Origin: Candidatus Magasanikiibacteriota bacterium
GTDB taxonomy: Bacteria; Patescibacteriota; Patescibacteriia; Magasanikbacterales; GWA2-37-8
Reading direction: 5' to 3'
NCBI GenBank assembly: GCA_036744835.1
Contig: DAIOHD010000001.1
Location: forward strand, 611,910-675,909
DNA length: 64,000 bases
A program made the position numbers and the translations under genes. Under the pieces are notes generated by a model that was given only the letters and a program-made list of their open reading frames with translations, searched no databases and was not told the DNA's origin. Shown one piece after another: positions 26,476 through 36,710 of the stretch. Numbering within the stretch: the first letter of the stretch is position 1; each line of letters starts with the position of its first letter.

Positions 26476-28530
26476 CTAATCAGTCAGTGGATAATCTAAA
26501 ATCAAATCTCTAGTACAAGTAGCAGAATATGTTCCGCCAAAAGGATTATTAAAATCATCGCCATTGCAACAATACTGACCAGAACAGCAATTGCCAGCAC
26601 TATCGCAAGATACATTTCTTTCTTCATTTTTTGGCCCTTTGCCGGGATAATAACAATTACCAAAAACATCTTCGACTGCAGAAGTGATCTCTGGAATATA
26701 ATATTGTGGAAAACCATCCAAAAAAGCAGTGTGTAAAATCTGAGTTAAAGTCGTCGTAACTCCAAGACCGGGAGAAAATACTGACGTGGAAGAAGGAGAT
26801 TTACCCAAAGTATCAGCGGAGCATCTAATTCTGGGAATATTGTAAGGGGGTCTTGCTAAAATATTACATCTTTCCTCAGGATCTGGATACTCTTCTATAC
26901 CAATACTATAAAGCGTTTTATAACTCATTCTTTTACTCCAAGAAATAATAAAATTTTCATTGGCCGTTACTTTTTCCGTTTCTGGTCCAAGTGACAAATA
27001 AGTTACATATGGAGAAGTAATATCCATTTCTTTGGTTACTCTAAAATTCCAACCATAATTATCCGGATTAAATAAACCGACGGTAAAAGGACCATTGGGA
27101 TTGAACTGATAAATATTATCAGCATTGCCGTCTAGAGAGTTGCCTGCCATATCCATAATACCGTTTCCCGCGCTCAAATTCGCAGTAAAAGGAGGCTTGC
27201 TGGCATCGGTTGTAGTAGGCGCAGTTTTAAAAACAATTTGATAAACATCATTGGCACAATTAGATTTATCGCAAACCGGTAAACAAAATATTTTGGAACC
27301 ACACGCATTGATACCGCATTCCAATGAAGAAGAAAATTCCAAGGTGCGATATTGATTAGTAATTTTGAAAGTTCCCAAAGGAACCGTGCTACTATTACTT
27401 TTTATAAAAACTATAGGATTGTTACCGTTTGTTTTATCTTCATAATAAGTACCGTCAGTAGAAGTCCTGAAAGAAGCCTGAGCATTGGGAAAAACCGCTT
27501 CACTAAAAGTTATTTGTATGGAGGCATTTTTTGCTACAGTTTCCCCTCTACCCGGAAAAATATCTACCACTCTTGGCGGAGTACTATCTTCTCTGGTGGA
27601 ACAAGTAAAAAACCACTGGTAATATTTTATACGAGTGTTGGCAAAAATCGACTTTCCATCTTCTGTCTGCAAGGAATTTTCTATCCAAACACGATAACGA
27701 ATATTGTCATCGGGGCTACCTAATAAAGTTTTTGGTTCAATAACAATGGTAAAAATTTCTTCTCTGGTTTCTCCAGCTGCAGTAGTTGTGGTTATCGGAA
27801 ATTTATAAATTCTAGATCCACCGGCATAAGTCACAAATTCATACCCACCTAAAGCAGTGGAAGAAGGTAAAACGGCATCAATTTTGATAATATTATCTTT
27901 CAAATCAAAAACTTCTGGTGTTTGTTCCTGGGAGATTTTGGTAGCTACACTGTCAAACTTTATCGGCTTAGCAAAAGTAATAGCGATTTTAGTGTTACGT
28001 GGCACATCAACTTGGTTGGGTGCTGGATAGTGATCGGTAATCACCTTTCCCCAAGCCCCGCTCCCAGCCATATTCATAATTCCTTGTTGTTCATAATTAT
28101 ATTGTTGTTCACCAGAACCACCATCACTTATTCCAAGTAATCGCATCACCAAAAGCACTATACTGTAAGCACTTAAAATAATAATTAGACCAACTGCACC
28201 ATTTAATAGAGTTTTTTTGGCTTTGGCAATTTGATCTTCATTACCACCAGCACTCATCCATAACCACCCGCCATAAATAATTATTACCACAGCAATTATT
28301 CCAAGCAATCCCAGAGCCACTCGGATAATATTGGCAATAATTAATCTAATATCGGTAGTTGGCAAACCAGTTTGTTCTGCATACGCTAAACCCGTATCTA
28401 ATGATTGGGATTGAGCAAAATTAAAAGAAAAAAGACAAACGAAAAAACACAAAACCGCCACTAAAACTAGCCCTCCTTTAGCGACGGTTCTAAATTTATT
28501 TGTTTGTCTTTTATTTATCAGTTGTAGCAT
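26476..28530 (-). CDS. 684-aa surface protein sharing the VirB2/TrbC-pilin-like N-terminal domain with the giant protein; Cys-rich C-terminus
   Basis: 'DIRLIIANIIRVALGLLGIIAVVIIIYGGWLWMSAGGNEDQIAKAKKTLLNGAVGLIIILSAYSIV' is near-collinear with the giant protein's N-terminal ~120 aa. C-terminus 'CDSAGNCCSGQYCCNGDD'. Confidence 0.75.
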   Translation of the reverse strand: MLQLINKRQTNKFRTVAKGGLVLVAVLCFFVCLFSFNFAQSQSLDTGLAYAEQTGLPTTDIRLIIANIIRVALGLLGIIAVVIIIYGGWLWMSAGGNEDQIAKAKKTLLNGAVGLIIILSAYSIVLLVMRLLGISDGGSGEQQYNYEQQGIMNMAGSGAWGKVITDHYPAPNQVDVPRNTKIAITFAKPIKFDSVATKISQEQTPEVFDLKDNIIKIDAVLPSSTALGGYEFVTYAGGSRIYKFPITTTTAAGETREEIFTIVIEPKTLLGSPDDNIRYRVWIENSLQTEDGKSIFANTRIKYYQWFFTCSTREDSTPPRVVDIFPGRGETVAKNASIQITFSEAVFPNAQASFRTSTDGTYYEDKTNGNNPIVFIKSNSSTVPLGTFKITNQYRTLEFSSSLECGINACGSKIFCLPVCDKSNCANDVYQIVFKTAPTTTDASKPPFTANLSAGNGIMDMAGNSLDGNADNIYQFNPNGPFTVGLFNPDNYGWNFRVTKEMDITSPYVTYLSLGPETEKVTANENFIISWSKRMSYKTLYSIGIEEYPDPEERCNILARPPYNIPRIRCSADTLGKSPSSTSVFSPGLGVTTTLTQILHTAFLDGFPQYYIPEITSAVEDVFGNCYYPGKGPKNEERNVSCDSAGNCCSGQYCCNGDDFNNPFGGTYSATCTRDLILDYPLTD

Positions 28531-28563
28531 GGTTCAATGATAAATAATAAAAATATACCACTA

Positions 28564-28812
28564 TTATTTGCGATTAAAAGTTTTTTCCTCAGGCATTCTG
28601 CCAATTTTTTTCAAATAAGCAATTTTCTCGCCCATTTCTATACGATGAAGAGCGCTTTTTTTACGCAAAGTTTTGTTGGCTTTTTTACTTTTATATTTAA
28701 TTTTTTTGACTTGTAAAATCTTTCCAGACTGTTGCCAGCGTTTTTTTACGCGACGCATAAACGCCTCAAAAGATTCCATTTTCTTTCTTTTAATTTCTGA
28801 CACAAAAGTCAC
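28564..28812 (-). CDS. rpsU: Probable ribosomal protein S21
   Basis: 82 aa, very basic. The 'ESFEAFMRRVKKRWQQSGKILQVKK...RKKSALHR' pattern resembles S21 (ExLExALRRFKR...RKR). Weak. Confidence 0.5.
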   Translation of the reverse strand: MTFVSEIKRKKMESFEAFMRRVKKRWQQSGKILQVKKIKYKSKKANKTLRKKSALHRIEMGEKIAYLKKIGRMPEEKTFNRK

Positions 28813-28890
28813 CTCGCTTTCTAAAAAATATTTAAAATTTACTAAAACTTAGTCAAAAAACGACCTTTTTGACCTAAAATTATTATATAC

Positions 28891-30300
28891 TTATTTACTT
28901 GATTCGTCAAATTTCTTTAATTTCTTTTTTATAGCTGATTCTATCTTTTTTTGATCAACGATTTCTTGAATACCACTTTCCATATCACGAATAATAATCG
29001 TACCCTCTTGAACCTCTTTTTGCCCTAAAATAACAGCATACGGAACTTTGAGTTCATTGGCTAAATCAAGTTGAACTTTTAAAGAATTTTTATATAAATT
29101 AAATGCTGTTTTTATACCACTTCCTCGCAATTCATCCAAAATTTTCATTGCTCTTCCCTTGGCTTTTTCACCAAGTTGAGCAAAAAATATGTCATAAGGG
29201 TCTTTTTCTATACGCAATTGATTTTGTTGATAATATTCTTTCATATAGATTACACTACGATCAATACCAAGAGCCATGCCTGCGGCTGGGGTTGGCTTAC
29301 CGCCTAATTCTTCTACTAATAAATCATATCGTCCTCCGCCCCCCAGAGCACTTTGAGCCACACCTTCACCACTTATTGGGTAAACTTCAAAAACAGTGTG
29401 AGTATAATAATCCAACCCTCTCACCAAAGAAGGTCTCAAAATATAAGGTACCCCAAGTTCGTCCAAATATTCCAAAACTTTCATAAAATAATTTTTGGAA
29501 GATTCGGTTAGCCAGTCAATAATTTGTGGGGCTTCTTCTTTGACGCCTTGGCATTGTTCTTCTTTACAATCAAGTAAACGAAGGGGGTTTTTTTGCATTC
29601 TTTTACGACACTCTTCGCATAAATAACTTTTTTTGGTGCGATAATAATTTAATAATTCATTTTTATATCTTTCTCTTTCTTCTGGTGTGCCAATACTGTT
29701 AATGTGAATTTCTACTGGCAAATTTAAATCTTTATAAAAATTATAAGCCACTAAAATAAGTTCTGCGTCTGCAGCTGGATCTTGTACACCAATATTTTCA
29801 AAACCGACTTGAGTAAACTGACGATAACGACCGGCTTGCGGTCTGTCATGACGAAACATCGGACCCCAATACCACATTTTTACTGGCTGAGGATTATTCC
29901 AAAGACCGTCTGTAACATAAGCTCTGACTACAGAAGCGGTAGCTTCCGGACGTAAACAAATTTTTTCACCATCATTATCTTCAAATAAATACATCTCTTT
30001 TTCTACTACATCAGTGGTCTTGCCTATGGAGCGCACGAATAAAGAAGCTTCTTCTAAAACAGGAGTTTCAATTCGTCCAAATTGAAAATACTCCGCAGAT
30101 TTAGAAGCGACATTATACATATTTTTCCAATATTTTTCTTCTTTTGGTAAAATATCATGCATTCCACGCAGGGCCGCCCAACTCTTTTTGCTTTTTTCCA
30201 CTGTCTTTGTTTCATTCGATTTTTTGATTTTCATTTTATTTTTTTCTTTAACCGTTTTCTTAGCGGCTTCTTTTTTATTTTTTTTATTTTTTTCTTTCAT
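28891..30300 (-). CDS. hisS: Histidine--tRNA ligase
   Basis: Class II aaRS motifs ('...GGGRYD...', 'MALGIDR') and a HisRS anticodon-binding C-terminus. Start trimmed to 'MKEKNKKNKK' to avoid overlap with lepB. Lys-rich N-terminal tail. Confidence 0.9.
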   Translation of the reverse strand: MKEKNKKNKKEAAKKTVKEKNKMKIKKSNETKTVEKSKKSWAALRGMHDILPKEEKYWKNMYNVASKSAEYFQFGRIETPVLEEASLFVRSIGKTTDVVEKEMYLFEDNDGEKICLRPEATASVVRAYVTDGLWNNPQPVKMWYWGPMFRHDRPQAGRYRQFTQVGFENIGVQDPAADAELILVAYNFYKDLNLPVEIHINSIGTPEERERYKNELLNYYRTKKSYLCEECRKRMQKNPLRLLDCKEEQCQGVKEEAPQIIDWLTESSKNYFMKVLEYLDELGVPYILRPSLVRGLDYYTHTVFEVYPISGEGVAQSALGGGGRYDLLVEELGGKPTPAAGMALGIDRSVIYMKEYYQQNQLRIEKDPYDIFFAQLGEKAKGRAMKILDELRGSGIKTAFNLYKNSLKVQLDLANELKVPYAVILGQKEVQEGTIIIRDMESGIQEIVDQKKIESAIKKKLKKFDESSK

Positions 30301-30316
30301 AAAAAATCTTTTATTT

Positions 30317-30895
30317 TTAAGGTTTAGAAAAAATAGATAATTTATTTGGTGGCCAACCACGAAGCCAAGCACGACCAACAACCAAACTTTTATCAATTGG
30401 ACCAAAACGTCTTGAATCAAGACTGTTAGCACGATTATCACCTAAAACAAAAACTTGATTCTCTCCTATCTTAAAAATCCTATCACCTTCGGTTACAAAA
30501 TCTTCTGGCAAATAATTTTCATCCAATTCAAAACCTTCCGGATTTTCATTGTTATAAATATACAATTTACCTCCGGAAATTTTTACTGTCTCTCCCGGCA
30601 ACCCAATTATTCTTTTCAAAAAATATTCTTTTGGATCTTCCGGAAAACGAAAAACTATAACTTCTTCACGAACCGGTTCTCGAAAACGATATGATAATTC
30701 ATCAATTATTAGATATTCTTTTTCGTGAAAATTTGGCTGCATGGAAGCCCCCTTAACATAGAAGGGTTTAAATAAATAATAACGAATAAGAGCTATCGTT
30801 ATCCCCGCCAAAACCGCCACTTTTACCATTTCTAAAATAAAAATTCCAGCAGAAATCAAAAAATTAATCGCTTTTTTAGTAAAATTTTCTTCCAT
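30317..30895 (-). CDS. lepB: Signal peptidase I
   Basis: 'GASMQPNF' (catalytic Ser box), 'VLGDNRANSLDSR' and 'KRIIGLPGETV' boxes. Confidence 0.85.
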   Translation of the reverse strand: MEENFTKKAINFLISAGIFILEMVKVAVLAGITIALIRYYLFKPFYVKGASMQPNFHEKEYLIIDELSYRFREPVREEVIVFRFPEDPKEYFLKRIIGLPGETVKISGGKLYIYNNENPEGFELDENYLPEDFVTEGDRIFKIGENQVFVLGDNRANSLDSRRFGPIDKSLVVGRAWLRGWPPNKLSIFSKP

Positions 30896-31109
30896 ATTAA
30901 TAGCAAAACTATAATTATTTAGCTAAAATAACCTTATTTAGATTGATTATATACTAAAAAATCACTCTTGGCAAGCCCCATGCTGAGCGCGGGCATAATC
31001 ACGCTTAACGTGACCCGACTATAATTAATGGTGTCGATTTAGTCCCACTCAACAGGGAACCTTTTTAACTAAAGCAATCCTAAAAATTACACACTCCCGA
31101 CTTCTTTTT

Positions 31110-32393
31110 TTACTTATTTAACTCCAAAATAGCCAAGGCCTCAACATGGGGTGTTCTAGGAAAAAAATTATATAATTTCAAGAATTTTACTCTGTATAAA
31201 GTAGAAAAATATTTTAAATCTCGAGCTTGAGTAGCAATATCACAAGACAGGTAAATAACTTTCTTTGGTTTTTCTTTAAGGATTTTTTTTACGATATGAG
31301 TATGCAATCCGGCACGAACAGGATCAACAATAATATTTTTATCTCCTTTAATATAGTCTGTCATTTTTTCCGCCGGTGCACAAATGGCTTCAAAATTTTG
31401 AACTTTATTTTTAATTATATTTTCTTTGGCAAATTTTATCGCTTCCGAATTATTTTCTATCAAAATTCCGTTCTTAATTTTTTTATCTATTCCCAGCCCA
31501 ATAGTTCCAACTCCGGAATAATAGTCCACAATTTCACTGTTTTCATCCACGTGATCAGAAATATCTTTCAGAGCTTTTTTAAACATATTTTCATTAATCT
31601 GGAAAAAAGAAAGCAGACCATAATTCAAATTTCGTCCGTTGATTTTGGTAGTTAAAAATTCTTCACCAAGCACTTTTATTTTTTCCGGTAACCAATTACT
31701 AGGTTTATGCGGATCGGCAAAATATATATGAAAACCGGCTAATCTAAGCCCCGTTTGAGGCATTGAAGAAAATTTAATATTTTCACGAACAATTAAGCCA
31801 GCTAATGTTTTTTCTCCGTCATATCGTAAAATTAAATTCTTCAAAACAGAAATTGGAGCTTTTATTTCATTTAACCAAATCAAAACATCTTCTGCCGCTT
31901 CATTTATTTCTTTTTTTGCTAACAAACAACCTTGTTCCATAGATTTGAGTTTCAAACCCCCGCGTTCATAAAAAGCTAACTTGATTACACCGTTCTCTTT
32001 TATAAAATGATACTCCATTTTATTGCGATAATGTTCACTTTCATTTTCGTCATATTCTATTTCCGGTGGAATTTGCAAGCTCAAGCCACTAAGTTTTTCG
32101 TAAGTTTCTTGGGCGATAATTCTTTTCCAAACATTTTCTTGGGCAAAATCCAAAATCTGCCAGGCGCTACATGACATATAATGGTCTTCTTTTGGCACTA
32201 AACGATAAGGAGATGCTGTGATAATTTTAACTGCTTCGCCTTCGCAAAAATTCTTATTTTGTTTAATAATTTCTACCTCTACTTCTTCTCCCGGAAGTGC
32301 GTTCCAAACAAAATAAACCTTGCCTTCATGTCGAGCCAAACCCTGTCCGCCAAAAACAAGTTTTTCAATATTGAGTTTTATTTTTTGTCGCAT
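31110..32393 (-). CDS. rlmD: 23S rRNA (uracil-5-)-methyltransferase RlmD/RumA family (TRAM + SAM MTase)
   Basis: N-terminal TRAM-like 'LVFGGQGLARHEGKVYFV...GEEVEVEI' and a C-terminal class I MTase ('VDYYSGVGTIGLGI', 'YLSCDIATQARD'). Confidence 0.8.
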   Translation of the reverse strand: MRQKIKLNIEKLVFGGQGLARHEGKVYFVWNALPGEEVEVEIIKQNKNFCEGEAVKIITASPYRLVPKEDHYMSCSAWQILDFAQENVWKRIIAQETYEKLSGLSLQIPPEIEYDENESEHYRNKMEYHFIKENGVIKLAFYERGGLKLKSMEQGCLLAKKEINEAAEDVLIWLNEIKAPISVLKNLILRYDGEKTLAGLIVRENIKFSSMPQTGLRLAGFHIYFADPHKPSNWLPEKIKVLGEEFLTTKINGRNLNYGLLSFFQINENMFKKALKDISDHVDENSEIVDYYSGVGTIGLGIDKKIKNGILIENNSEAIKFAKENIIKNKVQNFEAICAPAEKMTDYIKGDKNIIVDPVRAGLHTHIVKKILKEKPKKVIYLSCDIATQARDLKYFSTLYRVKFLKLYNFFPRTPHVEALAILELNK

Positions 32394-32505
32394 ATTTTTA
32401 TTGTTAACTTAGTATAACAGAATATAATTAAAAATCAAAAAAAAACCGCCTTGAAAAGCGATTTCGTGAGACGCTAAACATACCGATTACAATGCTTAAG
32501 CGTTG

Positions 32506-32579
32506 TGGGTCCAAGAGGAGTCGAACCTCTGACCTCTACAATGTCAATGTAGCGCTCTAACCAACTGAGCTATGAACCC
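32506..32579 (-). tRNA. tRNA-Val (anticodon GAC)
   Basis: Revcomp folds to acceptor GGGTTCA/TGGACCC, anticodon stem CTACA/TGTAG with loop TTGACAT, and T-arm AGAGG-TTCGACT-CCTCT. Confidence 0.85.
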
Positions 32580-32593
32580 GAGTTTATATATTG

Positions 32594-32667
32594 TGGGCGA
32601 CGGAGGAATCGAACCTCCGACCTCGTCATTATCAGTGACGCGCTCTAACCATCTGAGCTAGTCGCCC
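32594..32667 (-). tRNA. tRNA-Ile (anticodon GAT)
   Basis: Revcomp 'GGGCGACTAGCTCAGATGGTTAGAGCGCGTCACTGATAATGACGAGGTCGGAGGTTCGATTCCTCCGTCGCCCA' has anticodon loop CTGATAA. It sits in the 16S-downstream spacer. Confidence 0.85.
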
Positions 32668-32850
32668 TTTATTTTAAAGTTTCTCCAAAATTATATTACA
32701 AAAAATATTTTTTGGCAAGAGGTTCTACCTTACAAAAACACCCGTTCCGCTGAGCGGGACGGGTGTCTTCTAGTTGACATTACAAAAGTGGTAGGAATAA
32801 CATCCCTGTCGACGAAGATATATTTTTACTTTCATAAAAATCAATCTCCA

Positions 32851-34372
<1,522 letters not shown>

Positions 34373-34922
34373 AAAAAAAGAGTGTTAATCCATTCCAGTA
34401 TGAATACTGAAAAATTGGATTTACTAAAATTATTTTATAGAATAGATTTCGATAATAAATTATCGAAAACTTCAGTGGATGTTTTCTTACCACATTTGTA
34501 TTGTCAACGTACTTTCTTCCTAAAATTTTTAGAAAGAAAAAAGAGAAACCCAAAAATTGAAGTTGCTCTTTTCTCTTTCCAGTATCCATCTTGACAGGAC
34601 TTAGAAGATTGTTAAATTGTAGAGTTGCGTTTTTGCCTTTATTTGGGTTAATTTTTGTAAGAGAAATATAACAATTATTTAGCTTATTGTCAAGGAAGCC
34701 ATCTGTGGATAACTCCCTGTTTATTATACAAACAATTTTGGCTTATTCTAGGAGAATTTTAACAACCAACTAAAAATTACAAATTCAAAATTATAAGCTC
34801 CAAATAAATCCCAAATAATTAAAATTTAAAATACCAAACTCCTGTGTTTTGTTTTGAATTTTATATTTTGGATTTAGTGTTTATTTAGGGTTTGTAATTT
34901 TGAATTTGTAATTTAATATTTT

Positions 34923-35624
34923 TTATTTTTGCTTTTTCTTACGCCAATTTTCAATCAAAGCATGATTACCAGAAAGTAATATTTTTGGTACTTTTAAACC
35001 CATAAAATTTTCCGGTCTGGTGTATTGTGGATACTCACTTGAAATTTTTAATTTAGAATTTTTAATTTTTAATTTGTTATGAGTTTCCTCCTTTAGAGAT
35101 TCTGCATTACCCAATACTCCAGGAATCAAACGTGACACTGCTTCAATAATAGTAAGCGCCGGTAATTCTCCTCCGGCCAAAACATAATCCCCGACAGAAA
35201 TTTTTTCATCAATAAATTTATAAATACGTTCATCAAACCCTTCGTAACGTCCACAAACAAAAACTAGACGGTTATATTTTTTGGCAAATTTTTCCGCCAT
35301 TTTTTGATCAAACTTTTTTCCCGCTGGATCCATCGCGAGAATTTTTAATTTAGAATTTTTAATTTTCAATTTCTTCCCCTTAGAATCTACAACCCCAAGT
35401 TTTTTTAAACAATCAAAAATAGGCTGGACTTGTAATACCATCCCCGGTCCCCCGCCATAAGGACTATCATCTACATGATTTCTTTTATCCAAAGTATAAT
35501 CACGAAAATTATGTGGTGCAACTTCAATCAAGCCCTTAGCTTCCGCTTTGCCTAAAATACTTTTATTACAGTAGTCGTTAATTATCTCTGGAAAGATGGT
35601 TAGGATTTCGAACTTCATAAACAA
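34923..35624 (-). CDS. trmD: tRNA (guanine37-N1)-methyltransferase TrmD, with two in-frame 10-aa 'LKIKNSKLKI' insertions
   Basis: 'FEILTIFPE...YGGGPGMVL...GDYVLAGGELPALTIIEAVSRLIPGVLGN' are TrmD core motifs. The insertions align to loop regions. Confidence 0.9.
   Translation of the reverse strand: MFMKFEILTIFPEIINDYCNKSILGKAEAKGLIEVAPHNFRDYTLDKRNHVDDSPYGGGPGMVLQVQPIFDCLKKLGVVDSKGKKLKIKNSKLKILAMDPAGKKFDQKMAEKFAKKYNRLVFVCGRYEGFDERIYKFIDEKISVGDYVLAGGELPALTIIEAVSRLIPGVLGNAESLKEETHNKLKIKNSKLKISSEYPQYTRPENFMGLKVPKILLSGNHALIENWRKKKQK
35043..35075. repeat. 33-nt AT-rich repeat copy A (inside trmD)
   Basis: AATTTTTAATTTAGAATTTTTAATTTTTAATTT. It differs at one position from the copy at 35340-35372. 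Confidence 0.8.
35340..35372. repeat. 33-nt AT-rich repeat copy B (inside trmD)
   Basis: AATTTTTAATTTAGAATTTTTAATTTTCAATTT. Both copies are in frame and encode LKIKNSKLKI. Confidence 0.8.
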
Positions 35625-35735
35625 TCAATATTAAAAATATTCGGATATTACGATATTGCGATATTTATTATTGGTTAATAGCATAATATCATAATATCTT
35701 AATATTACAAATGGTCTAAAAACAAAACTACTCCG

Positions 35736-35772
35736 CCCTTGTAAAAGTTGCGGAGTAGTTGAGTTGTTTATT
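35736..35772 (-). terminator. Rho-independent terminator downstream of the KH-domain gene
   Basis: The minus strand reads CAACTCAACTACTCCGC-loop-GCGGAGTAGTTTTGTTTTT: a 9-10-bp GC-containing stem followed by a T-tract. Confidence 0.55.
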
Positions 35773-35774
35773 TT

Positions 35775-36089
35775 TTAGATATCCAAGTTATCAATAGCAC
35801 TGGTATCTACAGTTTCGGTTTCCTGGCGTCTCGGACCGCGAGTACTTCCTTCTGGTTCGTTGATTTTCAAATTAACGCGAGCGTTGTTTTTCGCACCAAC
35901 GATTTTAAGTAAAGTGCGGATAGAACGAGCAGTTTGACCACTACGTCCGATAATGTAGCCCATATCCTGAGGATTTACATCCAAAGTGAGCAAAACGCCT
36001 CTTTCGTCAATAGTTCTTAGAACCTTTACATCGTTAGGATTATTTACAATCGCTTTAACGATAGCTTCAAGAAATTGTTGATCTTGCAT
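35775..36089 (-). CDS. khpA: KH-domain RNA-binding protein (KhpA/YlqC-like)
   Basis: 104 aa. 'GYIIGRSGQTARSIRTLL' contains a GxxG KH motif. It lies in the conserved rpsP-khpA-(rimM)-trmD neighbourhood. Confidence 0.8.
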   Translation of the reverse strand: MQDQQFLEAIVKAIVNNPNDVKVLRTIDERGVLLTLDVNPQDMGYIIGRSGQTARSIRTLLKIVGAKNNARVNLKINEPEGSTRGPRRQETETVDTSAIDNLDI

Positions 36090-36198
36090 AATAGCTTAAC
36101 CAAATTAATAATTAAATCGTAGCTTTCGACTTACGCTACTTAATTGACATTATAATTTTTTTTATTCAATTAGTCAAAGAACTTTTTGGGGATAATAT

Positions 36199-36606
36199 TT
36201 AAGCAACTTTTTGTTCTTCGGAAATTTTTTCCTCAGTAGGTGCTTCTTTTACCGGTTCTTCCTCAGCTTTTTTAGCTGCAGCTTTTTTTTCTTCGATAAC
36301 TTTTTTCTTTTCAGCTAATTTGTTTTTTCTTTTTTCGGTAAGAAAAACGGATTTTACTTTTTTACCAGAAATAATACCATTTTTCAAAAATAAATTATTG
36401 ATTGTAGCCGACATACCAGCACCTTTTTCCAACCAATATTTTATTCTTTCAATATTTGGCAAAAATCCTTTTTCTTTATCGTGCGGATTGTAAGTTCCCA
36501 AATTTTCCAAAAATTTTCCTTGCGTATCTCTGGCTTTTTCGGAAATAATCAAACGATAAGTAGAATATTTTTTCTTACCCATTCTTTGCAAACGTATAGT
36601 TAACAT
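36199..36606 (-). CDS. rpsP: 30S ribosomal protein S16 with Lys/Ala/Glu-rich C-terminal extension
   Basis: 'MLTIRLQRMGKKKYSTYRLIISEKARDTQGKFLENLGTYNPH' is a canonical S16 N-terminus. Confidence 0.9.
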   Translation of the reverse strand: MLTIRLQRMGKKKYSTYRLIISEKARDTQGKFLENLGTYNPHDKEKGFLPNIERIKYWLEKGAGMSATINNLFLKNGIISGKKVKSVFLTEKRKNKLAEKKKVIEEKKAAAKKAEEEPVKEAPTEEKISEEQKVA

Positions 36607-36710
36607 AATTCTTGTTAAATTATTTTATAATAACAAAGTGACTGCTAAATTTAAGAGCGTTGATATTGTAACAAAATTAACGAATTTGTCAAGAGTATAC
36701 TATTTTAAAA

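Noticed and set aside
30301-30441. Hydrophobic 47-aa N-terminal extension of hisS overlapping lepB
   Set aside because: It overlaps the lepB 3' end by ~125 nt and has no counterpart in HisRS. The start was moved to the first Met after the lepB stop.
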